The notes under the pieces are model-generated. The model made no database searches. It worked only from the letters and a program-made list of their open reading frames with translations, and was not told where the DNA came from. Below are positions 57,547 to 64,000 of a stretch of 64,000 nucleotides of DNA, one piece after another. The translations under genes were made by a program, and so were the position numbers. The DNA lies in assembly GCF_052044285.1 (NCBI RefSeq), contig NZ_JBQEMT010000001.1; one strand, given 5' to 3'. The stretch is from Niabella sp. 22666. Its GTDB lineage: Bacteria; Bacteroidota; Bacteroidia; Chitinophagales; Chitinophagaceae. Within the stretch, counting starts at the first letter, position 1; every line of letters begins with the position of its first letter.

Positions 57547-57755
57547 GTTTTTAGTTGACTGGTCGCCTATTGGCAGGGTTGATAATAAACAGGTATCAAA
57601 ATTATTATTACATATAGTTTACCTTTCCCTTCCTGCCAGTGGAGACACTGGCCAGGCTATGCTGAGGTTTGTGTCTCACAAACCAGTCGGATGCATTTCA
57701 ATAAAGTCTTGCCGGTTTGTTATGAAAAGTTTAAAGCCTGCCTGGCGGCAGGCAA

Positions 57756-57800
57756 GGTTGATAAGTTATTTACTTATCAGCCTTTTTTATTATGACGTTG
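57756..57800 (+). terminator. Rho-independent terminator after the M1 peptidase gene
   Basis: The stem tgataagt / acttatca is followed by gccttttttatt. Confidence 0.5.
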
Positions 57801-57802
57801 GT

Positions 57803-58567
57803 TTAAGCAATATTCAACGGCCTTTTATTGCTTTTGGCTACCTGTTTTAACTCGTTCCACCTCCGTAACATTAAAACAGAAGTAATAGCAACCAGAGAAA
57901 ATAAAGCAATAATTAGTTTTTCAGTCTTTGCCGGCGATGAGGCAACTGCAAATCCGAGCATCATTACCAATGCCAGGGTGGTATAAAGTCCTGCCTTACT
58001 CGAAAGGAAACTGGGCGTTCTTTCAATGAATGCCGGGCTGCCCTGTTGATTAAAAGCAGCTATTTTTCCCAGTACTCCATCAATAATTTCAGTAGTTTGT
58101 AATTCAACACCCTTTACCCTCTTTTTGTGCACCAGCGTCAGTTTAGTCACGGATCCAGATGATCTGAAAATAAACCTGGTTCGGGTCAAAACCTGGCTGG
58201 AGTGATCGAAGCAAGAGAAGCTAATAAGATCTTTCAGATCGATTTTCTCTATCCGTTGAACCGCATTGTACTTATTCAGATACTCCAAATCGAAGCCCAT
58301 CTCTGTTTCAACCACTTTGATAAAATAACCAAAATAGGTTGGGAAGCATACAGCATAAACAAACATAAATACTATACCAGCGGCTGCAATGATGATGAGC
58401 GCGATTCTCAGCTGATCCATATCTTTCGCACACTTGGCGGCAACCAAACTTGCGATGGTTAGCGCGGCTACTCCTAAAATAAATTTATGTGTTGTAGAAT
58501 AGGTGATCATAGCTATTCCACTAATATACGAAAAATCAGCCAAACATCGCTTCCGCAATGGCCACAC
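57803..58567 (-). CDS. Hypothetical membrane protein
   Basis: Several TM helices. I recognise no family. Its 5' end overlaps the downstream ORF by about 30 nt, so the true start may be internal. Confidence 0.4.
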   Translation of the reverse strand: MWPLRKRCLADFSYISGIAMITYSTTHKFILGVAALTIASLVAAKCAKDMDQLRIALIIIAAAGIVFMFVYAVCFPTYFGYFIKVVETEMGFDLEYLNKYNAVQRIEKIDLKDLISFSCFDHSSQVLTRTRFIFRSSGSVTKLTLVHKKRVKGVELQTTEIIDGVLGKIAAFNQQGSPAFIERTPSFLSSKAGLYTTLALVMMLGFAVASSPAKTEKLIIALFSLVAITSVLMLRRWNELKQVAKSNKRPLNIA

Positions 58568-59243
58568 TTTCCGGCTTACCTACATCTACCCAGCGATCGC
58601 CGCTATGTTCAAATCCGGCAATTTTATGTGTCTTTGCCAGATCCAGGTATAGATCAATTAAAGAGAACTTCCCGTTGAATTGAATATGATCAAATACTTC
58701 ATACTCAAATATCACTACACAGTCATAGGCTTTCGCCACCAAATTGTCTTTAGGCACCGATATACGTTCTTCTCCCGTTGCATTATTTCTCCAACCACAA
58801 AGAACATTATGTTCATCAAACAGCAGGTTACGTGATGTTTTTCGATTACTGACTGCAAATGAAATTAACGGCTTTTCCTGCTCGTGGAAACGCAAGAGTT
58901 CGTTTATATCAAGATCGGTTAAGATGTCTGCATTACAGGTAATAAAACGCTCACCGGGTTTGAAGAGATTTTTAGCATGGAGTAATCCACCACCGGTTTC
59001 CAACACATAATCGCGTTCATCACTAATAATAATATTAGAACCCCACCCATTATTTGCATGCAAGGCCTCTTCTATCTGATCAGCAAAGTGATGCACGTTT
59101 ACAACAACATCTTTAATACCATACAGCTGCAGATACTCAATATTGCGTTGCAGCAAGGGTTTGCCATTAACGGGTGCCAAAGCCTTGGGGTGGTTGTCCG
59201 TCCAAGGTTTAAAACGGGTGCCGAGGCCGGCACAGAAGATCAT
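58536..59243 (-). CDS. MurU-like sugar-1-phosphate nucleotidyltransferase (N-acetylmuramate alpha-1-phosphate uridylyltransferase family)
   Basis: From the internal Met: MIFCAGLGTRFKPWTDNHPKALAPVNGKPLLQRNIEYL is the NTP_transferase G-loop. The ORF track merges this gene in frame with an upstream DUF559 relic. Confidence 0.7.
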   Translation of the reverse strand: MIFCAGLGTRFKPWTDNHPKALAPVNGKPLLQRNIEYLQLYGIKDVVVNVHHFADQIEEALHANNGWGSNIIISDERDYVLETGGGLLHAKNLFKPGERFITCNADILTDLDINELLRFHEQEKPLISFAVSNRKTSRNLLFDEHNVLCGWRNNATGEERISVPKDNLVAKAYDCVVIFEYEVFDHIQFNGKFSLIDLYLDLAKTHKIAGFEHSGDRWVDVGKPESVAIAEAMFG

Positions 59244-59290
59244 TCCGCGCGCGCCCCCAGCCCCTGAAGGGGAGGGCTCAGCTGCAATTT

Positions 59291-59594
59291 CCGACTGTAA
59301 TTGATTATTCGTACTTATACTCATTACAATAAAATCTTCGATTTTTTTAATTACGCTTTCTAAATGCTTTTCAACTTCGCTGTTTGTAAACCTCAATACC
59401 CGTAAACCGTCTGCCTCTAATAACTCTTGCCGAATGATATCATTGGCCCTCACATCTTCTTTCAAATGTATACTACCATCCACTTCTATAACCAGTTTTA
59501 ATGCATGGCAATAAAAATCAAGAATGTAGATTGAGTAGGGATGTTGCCTTCTAAATTTTATCCCCAGAGGTTTTGTTCTCAAATATCCCCACAA
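59291..59594 (-). pseudogene. N-terminally truncated DUF559 endonuclease-domain relic (TTG start, no stop before murU), flanked by CCCCT..AGGGG..GGGCT repeats
   Basis: LGIKFRRQHPYSIYILDFYCHALKLVIEVDGSIH...LRVLRFTNSEV matches the DUF559 (Vsr-like) core. The usual 30-aa N-terminus or so is missing. It reads through into the MurU-like ORF. Confidence 0.55.
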
Positions 59595-59697
59595 AATCTC
59601 TTCTGCATAAGTGCACTGATTACGTAGCTCCCTTGCCCGCTAAAATAAAAATCTTCCGGCACCAGCATGCATTTTTCGTTTCATAGATTTTAATGTT

Positions 59698-61194
59698 TTA
59701 GCAGCGCTGGCCTCCCCTTTTAGGGGTTGGGGCTTGCGCTGGCTCATTTATCCAATTCTTCGCATCCTGCACATAATGGCATAGTTCAATTTTTACCTTG
59801 AACTTATTCTTCAAATGTCTTACCAATGCATCGGCTGCATATACACTTCGATGCTGACCACCGGTACATCCGAAACTCACGTAAAGGCTGTCAAATCCAC
59901 GTTTAATATAATCTTCCACACTTATATCTACTACATCAAAAACGCTGTGCAAAAACTCGGGCATCTTTGTTTGTTGCTCCAGGTATTGAATTACTTCTTT
60001 ATCGCGCCCTGTCTGGCATTTCATACTTTCTACACGACCCGGATTCAGGATACCCCGGCAGTCAAAAACAAAGCCACCACCATTCTCTTCGTCATCTATA
60101 GGCAACCCTTTTTTAAAAGAGAAACTGCAAATTTTCACTATCAAAGGTGTGTCTTCCGTGGCTTGCACAGGCGTAAATTGTTGTATAATGCTATCGTCCA
60201 CGCATAATTGCAACACCTTTTCAAACTCAGGTAAAGCAATACCCATCGGGTGGGTTTGCAGGAAAGACTTTAAATTTCTAAGCGCTAACGGAATACTGGT
60301 GAGGAAGTGCGCTTTTCTTTCAAACAGCCCCCTGAATCCATAAGCGCCTAAAACCTGTAACAGTCTTATCAATACATAACCATTATATTGGCTTATAAAA
60401 TTCAATGTATTCAGCGGCTTGTCGAGTAAAGGTTCCAATGCATTCATATAGTCCTGCAGCAGGTTGCGCTTCCAGTCATCGGGTAGAGCAGCACGTGCCT
60501 GCCAAAGCAAGGATGCCACATCGTACTGGGGAGCGCCCTTCATGCCTCCCTGGTAATCGATGAAATGAACTGAATTATCTTTCATTACCTGGATATTCCG
60601 GCTTTGAAAATCGCGGAACATAAAAAACTTATGGTCGGTATGCGTCAGGTAATTACTCAACGCCTCAAAGTCGTCGATCAGCTTTTGCTTGTCGTAAGGC
60701 TTGCGCAAGGCATCCAGAAAATAATATTTAAAATAAAGCAAATCAGCCATAATAGCCTGTTTGCCAAATTCGCTATTGGTCAAACATTTGCTATAATCCA
60801 GGTCTTTATCGCCTTCTACCTGCAAGCGGGCTAACTGTTGCAGGCTTTCTTTAAAAAGATCATAAATCGCCGGTGTGTAGCCTTCGCTTTCCAGGCGATT
60901 GATCAGGGAAACATCTCCAAAGTCCTCCTGTAAATAAAACTGGCGGTCTTCGCTTATGGCATAAATATTCGCGATCGGTAAGTTTTTCTGAGAAAAATTT
61001 TCTGAGAAATATAAAAAAGAATTGTTCTCCGGCACATTAGCGCCATAGGTCCCGATCACCGAACCACCCTCTTTGTCCCAGATACGGAAGTAGCGTCGCT
61101 CGCTACCTGCCTGTTGTAATACATCGATAGAAGCGGGTTCATTCCCGCTCCAGCTTTTATAAAGATCCTGTATGGCTTCAATTTTTTCCTGCAT
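59698..61194 (-). CDS. Bifunctional protein with an N-terminal AmgK-like anomeric sugar kinase (APH/phosphotransferase fold) fused to a RapZ C-terminal domain
   Basis: The N-terminus has the FRDFQSRNIQV catalytic-loop and IDYQGG motifs, which are AmgK/MurK-like. The C-terminus has GLPIDD...FVFDCRGILNPG...TGRD...SFGCTGGQHRSVY, which closely matches the RapZ C-terminal domain (GCTGGxHRSV). Confidence 0.75.
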   Translation of the reverse strand: MQEKIEAIQDLYKSWSGNEPASIDVLQQAGSERRYFRIWDKEGGSVIGTYGANVPENNSFLYFSENFSQKNLPIANIYAISEDRQFYLQEDFGDVSLINRLESEGYTPAIYDLFKESLQQLARLQVEGDKDLDYSKCLTNSEFGKQAIMADLLYFKYYFLDALRKPYDKQKLIDDFEALSNYLTHTDHKFFMFRDFQSRNIQVMKDNSVHFIDYQGGMKGAPQYDVASLLWQARAALPDDWKRNLLQDYMNALEPLLDKPLNTLNFISQYNGYVLIRLLQVLGAYGFRGLFERKAHFLTSIPLALRNLKSFLQTHPMGIALPEFEKVLQLCVDDSIIQQFTPVQATEDTPLIVKICSFSFKKGLPIDDEENGGGFVFDCRGILNPGRVESMKCQTGRDKEVIQYLEQQTKMPEFLHSVFDVVDISVEDYIKRGFDSLYVSFGCTGGQHRSVYAADALVRHLKNKFKVKIELCHYVQDAKNWINEPAQAPTPKRGGQRC

Positions 61195-61342
61195 CGGGCA
61201 AATGTAAACAGGATTTACAGATTTCTTTACCCTTTTTTTGAAAGTACAGACCGGCTTATTATAAAGCCCGATCCTGCATTAATCCCTTCGAAACCTATAT
61301 ACACAAAGAGCGATTTTGCTATCTTAGCCCAAACAATACTAT

Positions 61343-61855
61343 ATGCCTGTAATATTACCCGTAGAAGGAAAAGAGCCTCAATTTGGAAATGACTGCTTTA
61401 TTGCGCCCAACGCTACCATTGTGGGTGATGTGGTAATGGGCAGCCAATGCAGTGTTTGGTTTAACGCGGTATTGAGGGGAGATGTAAACTATATAAAAAT
61501 GGGCAATAAGGTAAATGTGCAGGATGGGGCCTGCATTCATTGCACCTACCAGGGGGCCAGCACCACCATTGGTAATAATGTTTCCATAGGGCATCATGCC
61601 ATTGTGCACGGTTGCACTTTACACGATAATGTATTAATAGGTATGGGCGCCATTGTAATGGACAATGCGGTAGTGCATAGCAATACCATTATCGCTGCGG
61701 GCGCCGTAGTATTGGAAAACACCATCTGCGAAGCGGGCAGCATTTATGCCGGGGTTCCCGCTAAAAAAGTAAAAGATATTTCTGAGGAGCTGGTGAATGG
61801 ACAGATCAACCGGATTGCTAATAATTATGTGAAATATGCGGGATGGTTTAAGTAA
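61343..61855 (+). CDS. Gamma-class carbonic anhydrase family protein (hexapeptide-repeat, PaaY/YrdA-like)
   Basis: Left-handed beta-helix hexapeptide repeats with His ligands (HCTYQG...GHHAIVHGC). Confidence 0.8.
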   Translation: MPVILPVEGKEPQFGNDCFIAPNATIVGDVVMGSQCSVWFNAVLRGDVNYIKMGNKVNVQDGACIHCTYQGASTTIGNNVSIGHHAIVHGCTLHDNVLIGMGAIVMDNAVVHSNTIIAAGAVVLENTICEAGSIYAGVPAKKVKDISEELVNGQINRIANNYVKYAGWFK

Positions 61856-62268
61856 GTATGCCGAAGTTATTATAATAAATAAATTGTTCGATCTCCAAAA
61901 AGTCGTTTTCTTATATTAGTAGTTTTTATTTAAAGGATTTTATTATTGAAGTATATTTTGACAGCTATTCATTGAGCAAGAAACAATACAATCTTGACCA
62001 TCAATCGCTACACACGTTACCTTGTTGGCTACGCTTCTTGCCAGGATTTTTGATCATTTTTGTCTTAGGCTTTTGAATTAATTGGTGAGTAAAATTAAAA
62101 GATAGCCGATCGGCCTCTCCTAATTGTCATTAGCCAACACAAACTAAAGGCTTTGTATGCATGCCTAGGTTGAGAAGACACCTATTTACTCCATCAATTA
62201 GGTTTAAATGTGCCTAACATACCACATTCATTATTATTCTCATCAATAATCCTAATCTCTCACTCCGC

Positions 62269-63294
62269 CTAATTTGCGGTAAAAACAGCATTTACTACTT
62301 CATTTCCCCGCTTATCATACGCAACAAAGTCTACCTTAAACCCAGACGCATTTTTTTCAACACTTTTTGCTATCAGGTAATGTGTTTTTAATTTGGTTGC
62401 CAATGCGATTACATTAGCGTTTGTATTAGCATTGTAAGTAAATGGATAAAATGAAATTGCATTGTGCCCCAGCATCGGGATGGTAACAATTAATGTTGTA
62501 TTGGTAAAATTTGGCGCTAATTCGTAGTATCCTACATAAAAGGGGTACATGGTTTTAAACCCTTTAGCTGAAATATTACCCACAAACGGATCCCTCGCAA
62601 TTGGCGTGCTAAAAGCAATCACTTGGGCGTCAGAATAATAGTTAAGGGTAGTTCTCAATTTAAGCTCAGGGGCCCCTGTTTTGTACTTAAGCGTAAGGTC
62701 TCCGGGCCTGCCCGAAAGATCCAGTCGACCTTCTGAAGAACTCATATCAAAATACCTTTTTGCATCAGCCCAGGTCCAATCTGCGGGTCTTTTAAATAAA
62801 CTGTACACTACTCCCCCCTCTTTCGAATAGACTCTTCCACTCCTATATGGCTGAATCTTAATTGTGTCTGAACTAACACTAATTACCTTAAAAATATGGT
62901 CAGTTATATCCGAAGCTAAAGCTCCAATCCTAAAAAATGAGCTAATAATCGATCCTGTCGAAAAGGTTAACAATGGACTTCCGGTACCTGAACTTATTTC
63001 GAAAAAAGTAGGAACTGAATCAGTAATACCATAGGTACTGGTGATACCAACCCTATTTTGCAGGGTATCAAATTTTAAAACAACCGGGGAAGCTACATCT
63101 TTACTTAAGGTGCTGGATACCATCATTACCCACCCCCTTTCTGATGAATGTAAATTTTCCTTTAGCGTCTTTACTAATTCAATGTTCCTTTGCTTTGCCT
63201 CATCCAGCGAAATGGCAATATTATTTTTTTCACAAGAGTTGAAGAAAATAATAAGTAACGCACCCAGGAAAAGATATACGATTCTTTTTTCCAT
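62269..63294 (-). CDS. Lipoprotein, probably DUF4302-type (SusCD-locus accessory)
   Basis: Signal peptide and lipobox (..IIFFNSC). It sits downstream of a zinc-metallohydrolase lipoprotein, as in Sus-like loci. Confidence 0.4.
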   Translation of the reverse strand: MEKRIVYLFLGALLIIFFNSCEKNNIAISLDEAKQRNIELVKTLKENLHSSERGWVMMVSSTLSKDVASPVVLKFDTLQNRVGITSTYGITDSVPTFFEISSGTGSPLLTFSTGSIISSFFRIGALASDITDHIFKVISVSSDTIKIQPYRSGRVYSKEGGVVYSLFKRPADWTWADAKRYFDMSSSEGRLDLSGRPGDLTLKYKTGAPELKLRTTLNYYSDAQVIAFSTPIARDPFVGNISAKGFKTMYPFYVGYYELAPNFTNTTLIVTIPMLGHNAISFYPFTYNANTNANVIALATKLKTHYLIAKSVEKNASGFKVDFVAYDKRGNEVVNAVFTAN

Positions 63295-63312
63295 TATGTA
63301 ATTTTTATTGTA

Positions 63313-64000
63313 TTAATAACTGGTTTTATAAACTACAGAGTCCAACACTTTATTCAGCTCATGCAGATCCATCCCCTTTTCTAAATAATAAGTATGCACC
63401 ATCCTGTATTTTGTGGCCAGTTTTGTATTTTTTGTGATGGTTGTATCAATTGTATATTTGGGATATCTTGCCATAGACTCTACTGTAGTGGCAAAGTCCT
63501 CTTCAGGCGCATATCCCCCGTAGGGAGTAAAAAAGCCATCCAAATTTGCTTGCGCAATCGATCTGGAATTATAGGTTAATCCGTAATAATCTGCCTGCGA
63601 GACCCGGTCGTACAAGTAGCCTCTTCCATATTTATGATCCTGCTGATGGGCATGCTCGTGATAGAGCGTCACAATATGATCAAATAGGGCTGCCTTGTTA
63701 GCTTTATCGAAGTTATTAATACCTCCCATACCCAACCGATAAAACTGAGCGTTAAGACCGGCCCCTGCTGCAGCCCCGGCCGATGTAATATCATTAAAAT
63801 GTACAAACCCTCCTACTATAATGAACTCCCTTGGTGTCTCTTTTGAGAAGTATTGGGGAAAGCGGGCTTTTAAAGGTTTTAGCCAAAAGCCCTCTAACAT
63901 CACTTTAGTATATTGCAACGCCTTATCATAATTTGCCGGTACAAAAAAAGTAGTACCGGTAACAATTCTCGGCGTAAACTCATAAATAATTTTCACGCCA
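63313..64000 (-). CDS. Substrate import-associated zinc metallohydrolase lipoprotein (partial; the N-terminus lies beyond the window end)
   Basis: HEHAHQQDH is an HExxH motif. The family is typically encoded after susC/susD. The ORF-track start at 63996 is likely not the true start. Confidence 0.5.
   Translation of the reverse strand, partial: GVKIIYEFTPRIVTGTTFFVPANYDKALQYTKVMLEGFWLKPLKARFPQYFSKETPREFIIVGGFVHFNDITSAGAAAGAGLNAQFYRLGMGGINNFDKANKAALFDHIVTLYHEHAHQQDHKYGRGYLYDRVSQADYYGLTYNSRSIAQANLDGFFTPYGGYAPEEDFATTVESMARYPKYTIDTTITKNTKLATKYRMVHTYYLEKGMDLHELNKVLDSVVYKTSY

Overview
This 64 kb window looks like chromosomal DNA from a Bacteroidota genome, probably Sphingobacteriia such as Pedobacter or Mucilaginibacter. 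That guess rests on AT-rich leaders without Shine-Dalgarno sequences, a TolC-first RND efflux operon, an L17 protein with an Ala/Glu-rich tail, Bat-like, SusCD-associated lipoprotein and DUF559 genes. All calls are read by eye against the supplied ORF track. Hand-indexed coordinates of small elements may be off by 1-2 nt.

The window contains, in order:
- Partial ubiX and a DUF502 gene.
- A TetR-TolC-MFP-RND efflux operon.
- The distal end of the ribosomal protein/alpha operon: infA, rpmJ (missed by the ORF track), rpsM, rpsK, rpsD, rpoA, rplQ. Here infA opens its own transcription unit, behind a terminator and a TAnnTTTG -7 box, instead of following secY-map.
- An accessory stretch (13.3-25.8 kb) of small hypothetical and regulatory genes. 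It includes an XRE regulator with a perfect 18-bp palindromic operator, an orphan HigA-type antitoxin homolog followed by an unknown 151-aa gene, two SAM methyltransferases, and a MORN-variant protein next to a repeat-dense 0.7 kb spacer.
- A long minus-strand membrane-stress cluster (25.9-35.3 kb): a YbjN-like gene, PspA/IM30, a PLDc_N-like small membrane protein, YqiJ/NfeD-like, flotillin, a structured 240-bp spacer, then a 1612-aa protein with coiled coils and a C-terminal AAA_5/MoxR-dynein-type P-loop. A divergent XRE-family regulator sits upstream. This is the best candidate in the window for an undescribed system.
- recG, an orphan ECF sigma factor, and UDP-sugar/dTDP-sugar precursor genes (UXS, ugd, rfbA, a four-helix-bundle insert, rfbB).
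- An HGSNAT-like membrane protein, a class D beta-lactamase-fold protein, batA/batC-like genes, psd, exbD-tonB without exbB, and two M1-family metallopeptidases flanking HupE/UreJ and a DUF6702-like gene.
- A MurNAc-recycling-like pair: an AmgK-like sugar kinase fused to a RapZ C-terminal domain, and a MurU-like nucleotidyltransferase. A truncated DUF559 endonuclease relic bounded by CCCCT..AGGGG..GGGCT repeats interrupts the pair and is read in frame into murU.
- A gamma-class carbonic anhydrase family protein, and the tail of a SusCD-type locus (DUF4302 plus zinc metallohydrolase lipoproteins).

No rRNA, tRNA or CRISPR array was recognisable by eye.
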